Shown piece after piece: positions 9,746 through 18,814 of a DNA stretch of 35,532 nucleotides (position 1 is its first letter; every line of letters starts with the position of its first letter). A program made the translations under genes and the position numbers. The notes below the pieces were generated by a model. The model worked only from the letters and a program-made list of their open reading frames with translations, searched no databases and was not told where the DNA came from. The DNA comes from a virus. The stretch is from the IMG/VR virus record IMGVR_UViG_3300040801_002731, positions 70,972 to 106,503 of that record. One strand, written 5' to 3'.

Positions 9746-9809
9746 ATTATACGATCCGCGCAACAAAATTACCAAGCCAAAAATCAATCAAGATTGATTG
9801 ATTTTTGGC
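9746..9809 (-). promoter_or_regulatory. Capsid promoter plus operator within a 34-bp palindrome
   Basis: TTGGTA-N18-TATAAT on the minus strand (9746-9775). GCCAAAAATCAATCAA-GA-TTGATTGATTTTTGGC at 9776-9809 contains operator 9784-9801. Confidence 0.8.
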
Positions 9810-9815
9810 GACAGA

Positions 9816-10769
9816 CTACTTCCGCCCCTTGCGTGCAGCCAGACCCGCCGCGATACGCTCGCGGCCACTGAGAGCCGTCGTTTCGGGCGTGCCCTTGCCG
9901 CTCGGGTCGGTGGTGCTTCCGGCACCCGGCTTCATCTTGGACTTGATCAGACGCTCACCGTCGGGGTCGCCCTCCACCAGCTTCTTGATCGCCGTCTCGA
10001 AATCGAGAGCGTTGCCGTCAGCGCCGACCAGCTTCGTGCGCCCCTCGGCGCCACGCGGCTTGTCGAACGGCACAGCCTGACCGTTCTCGACATCGAAATA
10101 GGAGCCGAACAGCGCCCGCGCCTTGGACGGAGGCAGAACGGTTTCGTTGGCGATGAAGGTGCTGGTATCGAACTTGGAGCCGATGGTCAGATCGTTGATG
10201 ACGAACTCGGCCTGTGCGAGCTTTTCCTCCAGGCTCTTGATGCGGTCTTCGTAATCCGCCTTCAGGTCATCGACCGCCTTCTTCCAGGTGTCGATTTCCT
10301 GAGCGTGAGCCTGGGCCATCATCTCCTTGACCCGATCGAACTCGCCGCGCGCCTCAGCGTCGGCCTGTTCCCGCTGGGTCTTTTCCTGGAGCAACGCACG
10401 CACCTGATCGGGGTCGATACCGTCGAACATCTTCAGGCGCTCGTTGGCCTGATTCAGCGCACCGGTCAGCTCCTCGATCTTGCCCTTCTTCTCCATGACC
10501 TCCTTGAGCAGCTTGGCTTCGGTGTCCGAAGGCTTCGGCTTCTCGGGGGTCTTCGGGTCAGTGGCGGGGGCAGGCTGCGGGTCAGCCTGAGCGTCATCCG
10601 TTGCCGTGGTGGTCGGTGTCACTTCCGAACCAGCCTGCTCCTGCGCGGCACCGCCCTGTCCACCCGTCTCCGGGCTGAAGCAGATGCGAGGTCCGACGCG
10701 AGAGTGCCCGAACAGACCGAAAGCCGATCCGGTCGGGACAGCAACAACATCAGCGATCTTCACAGTCAT
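9816..10769 (-). CDS. Capsid scaffolding protein
   Basis: Charged coiled-coil protein between portal and capsid genes, with a C-terminal KPGAGS...ERIAAGL tail. Confidence 0.8.
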   Translation of the reverse strand: MTVKIADVVAVPTGSAFGLFGHSRVGPRICFSPETGGQGGAAQEQAGSEVTPTTTATDDAQADPQPAPATDPKTPEKPKPSDTEAKLLKEVMEKKGKIEELTGALNQANERLKMFDGIDPDQVRALLQEKTQREQADAEARGEFDRVKEMMAQAHAQEIDTWKKAVDDLKADYEDRIKSLEEKLAQAEFVINDLTIGSKFDTSTFIANETVLPPSKARALFGSYFDVENGQAVPFDKPRGAEGRTKLVGADGNALDFETAIKKLVEGDPDGERLIKSKMKPGAGSTTDPSGKGTPETTALSGRERIAAGLAARKGRK

Positions 10770-10869
10770 CCGTCAAATCCTTGTGTTTGACCAGTCTCTC
10801 GGTCTGTGTCGTCGGGCCGGTCTCTTGGCCCTTGGAGCCGCGGGGTGGCGAGCCCGCGGAACCTCGTTG

Positions 10870-12456
10870 TCAGGCGGCAGTGTTGCGTGTCACCTGCCCC
10901 TGCCGATCCTGTTCACCGGCGTTGCGCGCCGGCTGTTCCTGCTTCTGGAGCTGTCCGCGCGCGGCGCCACCGGCGGTCGCGGACAAACCACCCAGAACGT
11001 CATCGACGCTCGGCGGCCAGTCCTTCAGCTCGGCCTGCATCGTGGCCCGCAGCTCGGCGCTCAGGGTCGGGAACAGCTTGTCGATGATGTCTTCCATCTG
11101 CCGGCGCCGCAGAGCGTCGGGCGCCTCGATGAGCGACAGGCGCGTGGCGATATCGAACTCGTCGTAGAGCCCGCGCACGTCGAAATCCCGCGGGTAGCGC
11201 ACCAGATCCTCGTCGGACGGGGCCTTGCCAGACCACAGCGCCACCAGCTCGGCGAGCTTGTTTTCCGCCACGTCGAGCGATTCAGCCTTGCTCACCAGCA
11301 GGCTGTTCAGCCGCTCGAAATCGTAGGCTTTGGCGACACCGGAGCTGTTGTCGATGCCGACGGCGTTGTCGGCCTTGGTGCGCTCGCCGGCCATGCCGAC
11401 CGAGTGATAGATTTCGGAGATGATCTTGTTGATCACCTGCACGATGATCTGCGCCTGCTTGACATCGGGCGAGAGGTAGAACGGCTGCGTGTTGCTCTCG
11501 CCGTCGTAGAGGAACACGCGCTTGGTGCCCATCTCCAGCAGCTTCGTGTAGGCTTCCTCGCCCGGCAGCAGGTTCTGTGCCGGCATGGCGAGCTGGCTGA
11601 AGCTCTGGTCCTGGATGATGGCGTCCAGGTTCGAGAGATAGTTGGCAACCGCCCGGTCGAGATAGGCGATGTCAGCGATCATTGAGTCCGCGACATAGCG
11701 GCGCTCGCCCAGCATGTGGTCGAGCGGGAAGCAGGGCACGCGGCCAAGGCCATGCTCCTGCTCGTCCAGCAGCTCGACCCGCACGCCGTCCCGGCCCGTC
11801 TTGATCTTGCGGAACAGATGCCAGGTGTCCGTGGTCCAGAGCCGGAAGCGCTCCTCCATACCGCCGCTGGAAGCAATGGGATCGTCGTCGTCACGCTGCC
11901 ATTCACGCACCAGGATCCACCGCAGCGTTCCGGTCTCCGTGAACGCCATGTCGAGCGCGTCCTGCGGCTTCACATAGTAGCTGTAGAGCCGCGCGCCGGA
12001 GCGCTTTTCGTCCGCCAGCGTGAGCGCGTCCTGGGACTTGTTGTTGTCCACGAACACCCAGATGCGTCCGAACACGCTGGAGCGGTTTCCAAGAACCTTC
12101 ATGTATTGGTCGATAGAAAGCCCCGAGAGCGTGGCGTTCTTCCAAAAAGCGCGCAGGGGCTCGCCGGCGTCCTCGACGTTTCGGTTGATCGGCGATCGGA
12201 AGATGTATTTGTTGAGAAGATCGACGACTTCGCGGGTGTGATTGAACCGGTAGGCTCGCGCCAAGCGATCCTTGAACTCCTGCTCACCTTCCTTGATGTA
12301 ATGGAAAATGTGCGCGTCAAACCATTCACGCCCACCCTTGTAGGTCGCCTCCAGGAAATCCCAGTGCTGAAGATTTTCGTCATACTCGGGGTGTCGGCGC
12401 TCGATAAACGCCTTCAACGCCTTTGCTTCGGGAAGCGATCCTGCGAACAGCGGCAC
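10870..12456 (-). CDS. Portal protein
   Basis: 528 aa directly after terL, GTG start with GAGGT RBS; RHPEY...YKGG, HGLGRVP and SSGVAKAYDF motifs. Confidence 0.9.
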   Translation of the reverse strand: MPLFAGSLPEAKALKAFIERRHPEYDENLQHWDFLEATYKGGREWFDAHIFHYIKEGEQEFKDRLARAYRFNHTREVVDLLNKYIFRSPINRNVEDAGEPLRAFWKNATLSGLSIDQYMKVLGNRSSVFGRIWVFVDNNKSQDALTLADEKRSGARLYSYYVKPQDALDMAFTETGTLRWILVREWQRDDDDPIASSGGMEERFRLWTTDTWHLFRKIKTGRDGVRVELLDEQEHGLGRVPCFPLDHMLGERRYVADSMIADIAYLDRAVANYLSNLDAIIQDQSFSQLAMPAQNLLPGEEAYTKLLEMGTKRVFLYDGESNTQPFYLSPDVKQAQIIVQVINKIISEIYHSVGMAGERTKADNAVGIDNSSGVAKAYDFERLNSLLVSKAESLDVAENKLAELVALWSGKAPSDEDLVRYPRDFDVRGLYDEFDIATRLSLIEAPDALRRRQMEDIIDKLFPTLSAELRATMQAELKDWPPSVDDVLGGLSATAGGAARGQLQKQEQPARNAGEQDRQGQVTRNTAA

Positions 12457-12487
12457 GGCCTACCTCATCATTCGGTTGCCAGCATGA

Positions 12488-12505
12488 TAAATCAATTTTG
12501 ATTGA
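12488..12505. promoter_or_regulatory. 18-bp palindromic operator copy upstream of the portal gene
   Basis: TAAATCAATTTTGATTGA; overlaps a minus-strand TATCAT (12484-12489). Confidence 0.75.
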
Positions 12506-12514
12506 ACACCAAGC

Positions 12515-13807
12515 CTAAATGGAAACGCCGAGAACGGTCACCGACTTGGCGGGGAACTCGATGTCGATGCAGTAACCCAAAGCGTCGGCCGGGTGCTCGA
12601 CGCCCAGCGACTTATCCACCTCGCGCGAACCGGCCTTGTAGATCGTCTGCTCCAGGGCGGTGATGAGGTGCTTGCAGTGCCGATCGACACGCAGGCGCAC
12701 GGTGCCGTCGGCCGCGCGCAGCATCCGGTTCACCGCGTTGACGCGATCCGAGACCCTGGGGTGCTTGCGCTTGTATTTCATCGCCTTGAAGCCGGCTTCC
12801 CGGAGAATCTGAAGATCGGACTCGCCGCGACCGTGACTGCGGTTGGCGCCGGCGGGATCCGGGTAGAACACCACCCGCTTCAGATGTCGCCAGTAACGCC
12901 GAGACAGCTCCTCCGCCGTCTCCTCGGTGTTCGAGCCGAACAAGATCAGCTCGCCGACGATCCAGACCTCCCCGTCAAGCTGTGGCTGCATAATGACCGA
13001 ACTCATCGGGTCGATGTTGAAGTCCTGACCAATCCAGATCGGCAGGCGCGGGTTGAAGGCGTAGTCGCCGACGTGAATGTGACGGTCGAAGGCGTGATAG
13101 ACTCGACCACTCATCGTCTCGAAGCGGGCGTTGAACTCCTGATTGAAGCTCTTTTCGTCCATGTCGTGCCGCGCGGCCTCGATTTCCGAGGCCGGGATAA
13201 ACGGCGACGTCATGGTCGGATACTGCCAGGATTTCCACTGGTTGATCCGCTCACGCCCCTCCTTGTCCCGATAGCGCTCGCCGCGCTGCCCGAGCACATA
13301 GAGGTCGTAGAACCAGTTGTAGGATTTCGGCGTGCCGATCACGAGCGCATGGCCGCGCGTGGACGCCAGCGTCGGACGCAGCACCTTGAACCAGGTCTCG
13401 GGCCGGATATCCTGAGCTTCGTCGATCACCAGAACGTGAATGCCAACGCCTCGGAGTGTATCCGGCTTGTCCGCGCCCTTCAGTTCGATCCGGGTGCCGT
13501 TGACCAGCACGATCTCCATGCGAGTTTCGTTGGCCTTGACGATCCAGCTTTTGGGTATAACCTGAATCAGCTCGTGCCACATGATCGACCGAGCCATTCT
13601 GTAGGTCGGCGCGACATACCAGATCAGGCGCCGAGGCTTGCGTGCAGCCTTCAGAATGGTGGTCTTGGCAAGCACGGTCTTGCCCCAGCGTCGGCCAGCC
13701 ACAACAACCTTGAAGCGATGCTTGTCCGAAAGCACGGTGGACTGACCACCGTGCAGGGACAATTCATGCCTAGATGTGGCCGTCGCGAGCAGACCGGAGG
13801 CACTCAT
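12515..13807 (-). CDS. terL: Terminase large subunit
   Basis: Walker A AGRRWGKT, YVAPT, LRG, Walker B LVIDE, IGTP, and nuclease motifs GQDFNIDP and HPADALGY. Confidence 0.96.
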   Translation of the reverse strand: MSASGLLATATSRHELSLHGGQSTVLSDKHRFKVVVAGRRWGKTVLAKTTILKAARKPRRLIWYVAPTYRMARSIMWHELIQVIPKSWIVKANETRMEIVLVNGTRIELKGADKPDTLRGVGIHVLVIDEAQDIRPETWFKVLRPTLASTRGHALVIGTPKSYNWFYDLYVLGQRGERYRDKEGRERINQWKSWQYPTMTSPFIPASEIEAARHDMDEKSFNQEFNARFETMSGRVYHAFDRHIHVGDYAFNPRLPIWIGQDFNIDPMSSVIMQPQLDGEVWIVGELILFGSNTEETAEELSRRYWRHLKRVVFYPDPAGANRSHGRGESDLQILREAGFKAMKYKRKHPRVSDRVNAVNRMLRAADGTVRLRVDRHCKHLITALEQTIYKAGSREVDKSLGVEHPADALGYCIDIEFPAKSVTVLGVSI

Positions 13808-14439
13808 TCGACCTCCATGGCCGCCGCGATATCCTCGACGCTCAGATCGCCAGCCAGCAGAGCATCTTCGTCATCCTGCTGTCGCAGCGCCTCGATCTCG
13901 TTTTCCGTCAGATCGCGAATGACCAGTTCCGGCAGCGTCTGATCGTCGACCTCGTTCTCCATGTCGAGAATGGCCCAGCGCTCCTGCCGCCCCATGGCAA
14001 TGGTATTCATTGCCGTGCGCAGCGCCTTCAGATCGCCAGCGACGACACTGAACGGCTTATGGTCTCGCTTCGCCTCGACGAGAACCTGCATGGTCATCTT
14101 CTGAATACCCTCGACCCAGGTGTAGCTTTGGTCGCGGGTTTCAGCGATGCGCTTGGCTCGCAGTTCGGCGCCGGACAAAGCCTCCTCGACCGCGGCATCC
14201 TTCAGGGCCTCCGAAACAGCCTTCGCGGTCTCGCCGGCACGCTTACCCTTGACGGCGCCGCGACGCTTCAGACCCTTGGAAAGCGCGGGCGCGGAAATTC
14301 CAAAGCGCGCGGACAGATCATCCAGGCGCACCTCGCCGCGCTCCCACAGATCCACGACTTCGACCCACTGGGCCTCTGTCAGCCTGTGGCTCTCCTTGTC
14401 GGGCGTTTCTGTCTCGGTTTCGGCTTTTAGATCAGTCAT
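13804..14439 (-). CDS. terS: Terminase small subunit
   Basis: N-terminal HTH (LDDLSARFGISAPALSKGL), 4-nt overlap with terL. Start re-called to ATG 14439. Confidence 0.75.
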   Translation of the reverse strand: MTDLKAETETETPDKESHRLTEAQWVEVVDLWERGEVRLDDLSARFGISAPALSKGLKRRGAVKGKRAGETAKAVSEALKDAAVEEALSGAELRAKRIAETRDQSYTWVEGIQKMTMQVLVEAKRDHKPFSVVAGDLKALRTAMNTIAMGRQERWAILDMENEVDDQTLPELVIRDLTENEIEALRQQDDEDALLAGDLSVEDIAAAMEVE

Positions 14440-14449
14440 TTTTGATTGA
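14432..14449. promoter_or_regulatory. Operator copy overlapping the terS start codon
   Basis: TCAGTCATTTTTGATTGA, identical to 18988-19005. Confidence 0.75.
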
Positions 14450-14527
14450 ACAAAATGGGCGGCACGGAGAACCGGCCGCCCGAGTTGGAGGAGTAAGGCC
14501 CATGAAGAAACAATTCTCCGCACGACC

Positions 14528-14571
14528 AGTGTAGAGGGTCACGAAAGCGAGAGTCAATCAATTTTTACTTA
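14528..14571 (-). promoter_or_regulatory. Promoter of the terminase operon with a degenerate operator (14554-14571)
   Basis: TTGACT-N18-TACACT on the minus strand; TCAATCAATTTTTACTTA overlaps the -35. Confidence 0.65.
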
Positions 14572-14678
14572 CTTTTGTGGACAAAGCCAACGGGCCGCGG
14601 AGGGCGGAGCCCGACGGGCCGGGGAGTTCTTCATTGTTCAGGCTTGGAGGCTTCGCCTCACGGGCCGGAGGGGTTCCG

Positions 14679-14810
14679 TTTTGCCAAGCCAAGTCGCGCT
14701 AAGAATGAATCTCTATAAGTTTATTTTTTATTTTTATTATTTATTTTTTAATATCTTCTTCTTTCAGAATCTATATAGCGCGACTTGGCATGGGCAAGCA
14801 CTTGGCAAAA
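14679..14810. repeat. AT-rich core flanked by nested inverted repeats (candidate origin or pac region)
   Basis: GCCAAGTCGCGCTA (14688-14701) pairs with TAGCGCGACTTGGC (14776-14789), and TTTTGCCAAG with CTTGGCAAAA, around ~74 bp of very AT-rich DNA. Confidence 0.7.
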
Positions 14811-14838
14811 TCAAAAATTCCCCGGCGTGTTATTTTTG

Positions 14839-15111
14839 TCACACCCTGAACACGCTATAAGAGAGAGCAGAGGGTTTTAGCACAACCTGCTTGCGACTGT
14901 CCAAGAGCTGATACTCCCGGACGATCATGCCATGCTTCTCCAGGAACCGAACTGAACTCTGAAGCGCCTGAAGGGAGACGCCCGGCCCGTAGGACAGGCG
15001 CTCCTTGAGCTGTCTGATGGTGAGAAAAGAGCCGGCGTCCGCGGCCGACAAAACGTGGCGCATGATCTCCTGCTGCTTGGGTGTGGCTGCCAGGGTGCTG
15101 CCGGCCGTCAC
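14839..15111 (-). CDS. Winged-helix (MarR-like) DNA-binding protein, 90 aa
   Basis: GTG start overlaps the upstream stop (GTGA). TPKQQEIM...SLQALQSSVRFLEKHGMIVR...RKQVVLKPS fits a wHTH pattern. Confidence 0.75.
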   Translation of the reverse strand: MTAGSTLAATPKQQEIMRHVLSAADAGSFLTIRQLKERLSYGPGVSLQALQSSVRFLEKHGMIVREYQLLDSRKQVVLKPSALSYSVFRV

Positions 15112-16037
15112 GACAGATTCTCCAGCCGCAGCGGCTCGTTCGGCCCCTGCCAGTCGAAGGCGGTCAGAGGCAGGCTCTCCGGCAGCTTGCGACCGTGATC
15201 CGGGTTCTTCCAGAGCCCATACATCGGCGAAGCCAGCACGAGCTGCTGGAGCGCCTTGACGAGAGTGCGGGCATCCATGGCGGCCACACGCTTCGCTCCG
15301 TTCTCGCGATTGTTCCCGGTCTTCTCCAGAGCCGAGTGTCGGTAATAGAACTCTCGACAGGAGGCGATCATGCGCTCGCGCACCGCGGGGCTGGCGTCCT
15401 CGATCTCCTTCAGAACCAGCTCGGTGTCTGCCGGATTGGCCCGGAAGGTGGTGCGAAAGAACCGCATCCCGATCTCGTGCTTGGAACTGTTCTGCGGCTT
15501 GACGAAGGTGAAGCCGGCGCGCGGGCCGAACAGGTTGTATTTCGCCATCGAGGACTGGATCTCGACGATGCGAACACCTTCCAGGCGCGAGGCCAGGTTC
15601 ATCATCCGATAGCCCAGACCGACGCCGCGGAACTGCGTGTCGGTCACGAACCGGCTGATCACCCGCACATTGCCGTTCAGCCAAGTGGTCCGGTAGGTGT
15701 TGGTGATCTTGGTCTCCTTGCCGCCGGGCTTGATCGCCGGCATGACCAGGTGCCGCTCGCGGATGAGCGGCTTGGGGTAGCCTGTAACCAGCACGCCAAG
15801 GGTCCGGTCGCCCAGGCGCAGGCGCCAGAACCGCGGACCAATGGGCAACCCCTCGGCCTTGTAGTGCAGATCGTGCAGCAGGTTCCAGTCGGCGCGGGTT
15901 CCCGGCTCAACGATCATCTCGTTCAGCAGCGAAAAACGCGCTTCTGGTGCGCGCCGTCGCTCGATCAGCACTGACCCAGCAGACTCGTCATGGAGCGCAC
16001 CAGGGGCGCTCCCAGCGTCGATTTCGCACGCTTCCAT
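15108..16037 (-). CDS. GNAT-fold acetyltransferase, Mom-like (candidate DNA base modification enzyme)
   Basis: VISRFVTDTQFRGVGLGYRM matches acetyl-CoA-binding motif A; LHY near the N-terminus; in an operon with an ABC ATPase and ParB-like genes. Confidence 0.75.
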   Translation of the reverse strand: MEACEIDAGSAPGALHDESAGSVLIERRRAPEARFSLLNEMIVEPGTRADWNLLHDLHYKAEGLPIGPRFWRLRLGDRTLGVLVTGYPKPLIRERHLVMPAIKPGGKETKITNTYRTTWLNGNVRVISRFVTDTQFRGVGLGYRMMNLASRLEGVRIVEIQSSMAKYNLFGPRAGFTFVKPQNSSKHEIGMRFFRTTFRANPADTELVLKEIEDASPAVRERMIASCREFYYRHSALEKTGNNRENGAKRVAAMDARTLVKALQQLVLASPMYGLWKNPDHGRKLPESLPLTAFDWQGPNEPLRLENLS

Positions 16038-16038
16038 G

Positions 16039-16491
16039 TCAGTAATCTCCCTCGCAGACCTGAAGACAGCGCACCCCTTCTTCGCGCCACATGGCGACGA
16101 CCTTCTTGCGATCCTCGAACGCCAGGATGGGCTCGAAGCCAGAGGCCCGGATCTCCTCCAGGATCTCGCGCTTGACCGCCCAGTCCTCTCGGCGATCGTC
16201 GGCGCCGCGCATGTAGAGCTTGTCGTAGGAGACGCCGTGCTGGCGCAGCCAGGCCACGGTCATGGCTTCATCAACAGCCGAGCGGCCGGTCACGATGAAG
16301 ACCGGAAGTTCGTTGCACAGCAGGTTGTTGACCATCACGATCTCGTGGATCGGCGTGTCCGCTTCAGCGGCCTCGAAGAAGGCTCGCCATGAGCCGCCAT
16401 TCTGCGGCAGCAGGTGCAGACGGTGATCGGCGTTCGCCAGGGTGCCGTCCAGATCCATGATCACGCAGGGCCGTCGGGTTTCGCCGCTCAT
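16039..16491 (-). CDS. HAD-family phosphatase (like the T4 PseT/PNKP phosphatase domain)
   Basis: DLDGTLA, IVTGR, LYMR...D...K and FEDR motifs. Confidence 0.88.
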   Translation of the reverse strand: MSGETRRPCVIMDLDGTLANADHRLHLLPQNGGSWRAFFEAAEADTPIHEIVMVNNLLCNELPVFIVTGRSAVDEAMTVAWLRQHGVSYDKLYMRGADDRREDWAVKREILEEIRASGFEPILAFEDRKKVVAMWREEGVRCLQVCEGDY

Positions 16492-17318
16492 GCCGCTTTG
16501 GCCTCGCCCTTCTTGCGCTTGATCGCCTTGCCCTTGGGCTTGGGCGCAGCCGGCACCTCGACCGGGCGCAGGAACGGCCGCTCCAGCATCCGGCGCCAGG
16601 TGTCGACCTGCTGATCCAGGATGAAATCCTCGGCCTCGATGGCGTCGAGCATCTGGTGACCGACGGCGTGGATCGCGGCGTAGTTGCCGGTCTCGACCGC
16701 GACACGGGCCTGGAACAGCTTGGTGATCTGCACGTCCGGCCCCAGCTCGTCGGTCAGGTCGGTGTGGGTCGTGGCGACCATCACCGTCTTGCCGAGCTGT
16801 CGGGCGATCTTCTGGATGTTGAAAGCGATGACCTTGGCGGTCACACGGTCCAGAACGGCGCCGAACTCGTCAGCCACCCAGACATCAGCGCCGCTCTCGA
16901 TCAGCTTCGCCAGCTTCAGGCGGTAGCGCTGCCCGTCGGACAGCTCGGAGGGCTTGCGCAGGTAGATGTAGGCGTCCGAAATGCCGGCCTTCGCCAGCAG
17001 GTCGGTGGCTTTGAAGGTGTTCTCGCCGACCAGCTCGATGACCGGCTTGTCCTCAAGCACGACATCGTTCAGATCCGCAACCTTCAGGCCGTCGGCCGCC
17101 ATCAGGCGCTTCAGCTCCTTCAGCAGCAGCGACTTGCCCGAGCCGGACTGCCCGGTGATGTAGACGACATCGCCCTGGTTGATCTCAACCTTGGTGTTGT
17201 CGTAGATCACGAACTCCTTGTCGGAGAGACCGATGCCGAATGCCTCGGCCACCTCCAGAACGCGCTTGGTGCGCTCCACGCTGGTCGTGAAGCGCTTGTC
17301 GATGGTGTAGATGGTCAC
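16488..17318 (-). CDS. Soluble ABC-type ATPase
   Basis: Walker A GQSGSGKS, signature LSDGQ, Walker B VWVADEF, H-loop ATTH. No permease gene nearby. Confidence 0.9.
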   Translation of the reverse strand: MTIYTIDKRFTTSVERTKRVLEVAEAFGIGLSDKEFVIYDNTKVEINQGDVVYITGQSGSGKSLLLKELKRLMAADGLKVADLNDVVLEDKPVIELVGENTFKATDLLAKAGISDAYIYLRKPSELSDGQRYRLKLAKLIESGADVWVADEFGAVLDRVTAKVIAFNIQKIARQLGKTVMVATTHTDLTDELGPDVQITKLFQARVAVETGNYAAIHAVGHQMLDAIEAEDFILDQQVDTWRRMLERPFLRPVEVPAAPKPKGKAIKRKKGEAKAA

Positions 17319-17446
17319 GCGACGGTCCCCTCATTCTCGAAGACGATGCCGAGAGGGCCAAGCCAGAAGATGCGCTCGTCCGGCTCGTCGCTGGCCGTCC
17401 AGCCGATCGACCAGTGCGAGAGGCACCATGCAAATCCGATGATCAT
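17315..17446 (-). CDS. Small 43-aa hypothetical protein (not in ORF track)
   Basis: MIIGFAWCLSHWSIGWTASDEPDERIFWLGPLGIVFENEGTVA; ATGA overlap upstream and GTGA overlap with the ATPase start. Confidence 0.6.
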   Translation of the reverse strand: MIIGFAWCLSHWSIGWTASDEPDERIFWLGPLGIVFENEGTVA

Positions 17447-17730
17447 GTCGTCTCCACAACGTCATAGGTTTGGTAGAAAATCTCCGGCTTGCAGGGGTAG
17501 AACTCGCCAGCAATACCCTTGATCACGAAATCGCCCGGATCGACCCAATGCGCTCCTTCGAGCGTGGCGATGGAGAGCTGGCGCTTGCCATCAGCGTTGA
17601 TGTCCATGCTGGCCGGGGTCTTGCTGCCCTTCGTCCACTCGATGATCGCGCGGTTGGAATCGGCAAGGCCGGTCGCCTGCATCGCCTGGATGACGACGGG
17701 CTTCTTGCGGTAGCTCTTGGGCGCGCTCAT
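17443..17730 (-). CDS. RKKPVV/TLEG/GEFYPCKP family small phage protein (possible Acb4-like nucleotide sponge)
   Basis: MSAPKSYRKKPVVIQAMQ...IATLEGAHWVDPGDFVIKGIAGEFYPCKPEIFYQTY; start re-called to 17730. Confidence 0.7.
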   Translation of the reverse strand: MSAPKSYRKKPVVIQAMQATGLADSNRAIIEWTKGSKTPASMDINADGKRQLSIATLEGAHWVDPGDFVIKGIAGEFYPCKPEIFYQTYDVVETT

Positions 17731-18152
17731 TCGTCCATGTCCTCGTCGAGATACAGGCCCTCGGCGATCTGCTTGAGCATGTCTTCGAGGATCGGCAGGG
17801 TGCCGAGGTGCATCAGCGCCTGGGCCTGGTCGGGCGGCGCTGTTTCGTTGGCGTTCAGGCACACGCCGGCACACGGAGAGCCGACATTGGTCTGGTAGAC
17901 GATTGAGGCGCTGACGACATTGCCGGCCTCGGCCTGCGCCAGCAGTTCCCGGAACATCTGCACGGCGAACGGATTGACGTCCGCTGACGGCGCATCACCG
18001 CCCTCTTTGCCCTCGCCATCGTTTTCGATGGCGAGGGGTTCGCGGGTCGCGAAATGGATCACCTTGCGGTCGCGGGTATCTTCCTGAACACCGTCAATCC
18101 GGTTCCAGACAGCGCGCATCCGGGCGCGCAGCTCTTCCAGCTTGTCGCTCAT
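17727..18152 (-). CDS. Hypothetical protein
   Basis: 141 aa, ATGA-coupled on both sides. Confidence 0.7.
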   Translation of the reverse strand: MSDKLEELRARMRAVWNRIDGVQEDTRDRKVIHFATREPLAIENDGEGKEGGDAPSADVNPFAVQMFRELLAQAEAGNVVSASIVYQTNVGSPCAGVCLNANETAPPDQAQALMHLGTLPILEDMLKQIAEGLYLDEDMDE

Positions 18153-18814
18153 GCGATCCCCAGAGAGTCCAGGTGGGCCATAAGCGCCGCGGCGCCTTCC
18201 TTGCCGGTGCTGCTCTCGATCTGCGCCATGAACGCCTTGACGCGCCGGATCTCCTGCGCGCGCAGCTTCTTGAACCCGAAACCCTCGCCGATCGGCAGTT
18301 CGGTCTCGTCGACCTCGCGGATCTTGTCCTCGGTCTTCTCGCGCTGCTCCTCGACCGCCTCGCCGATGTCATCGACCAGAACGGCGTCGTCGATCATGGT
18401 CAGGTCCGCGAGCATGAACTCCAGCTCGTGCTCGTCGAAGCCGGTATCCGCCAGGTCAAAATCCAGGTTCTTCAGTTCCTGAAGGGCATCCTTCAGCAGC
18501 TCGGTGTCGTAGACCGTGGAGGCCGTGCGATTGTCGGCCAGACGCAACGCATCGGCCTCGGGCTTGGTCAGATCGGTGCGGCAGACCACCGGCACCTTGG
18601 TCATGCCCAGCTCCAGAGCGGCCAGTCGGCGGCCATGACCCGCGATGATCACGCCGTCTGCGTCGACCACGATGGGTTGGGTCCACCCGAACTTCTTGAT
18701 GGACCGAGCCAGTGCCGCGACCTGCTCGGGCGCATGAACCTTCGCGTTCTTCTCGTAAGGCTGGATCCGGCCAATGTCCCAGATTTCCACCGGGAGCTTC
18801 GCAATCTCACTCAT
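18149..18814 (-). CDS. ParB/Srx N-terminal domain protein
   Basis: PYEKNAKVH...SIKKFGWTQPIVVD...IIAGHGRRLAA...LRLADNR; start re-called to MSEIAK. Confidence 0.9.
   Translation of the reverse strand: MSEIAKLPVEIWDIGRIQPYEKNAKVHAPEQVAALARSIKKFGWTQPIVVDADGVIIAGHGRRLAALELGMTKVPVVCRTDLTKPEADALRLADNRTASTVYDTELLKDALQELKNLDFDLADTGFDEHELEFMLADLTMIDDAVLVDDIGEAVEEQREKTEDKIREVDETELPIGEGFGFKKLRAQEIRRVKAFMAQIESSTGKEGAAALMAHLDSLGIA

Noticed and set aside
9731-9753. CGTATAA...CCATTATACG resembling an N15-type telomere core
   Set aside because: The arms are in the wrong arrangement for a telRL palindrome, no protelomerase is in the window, and the sequence is explained by the capsid promoter -10 box.
14839-15684. 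281-aa ORF as listed in the track
   Set aside because: The upstream part overlaps the GNAT gene out of frame; only the last 90 codons (GTG at 15111) look real.
16488-17318. ABC transporter
   Set aside because: No permease or substrate-binding gene; the context is ParB-like, GNAT and terminase.
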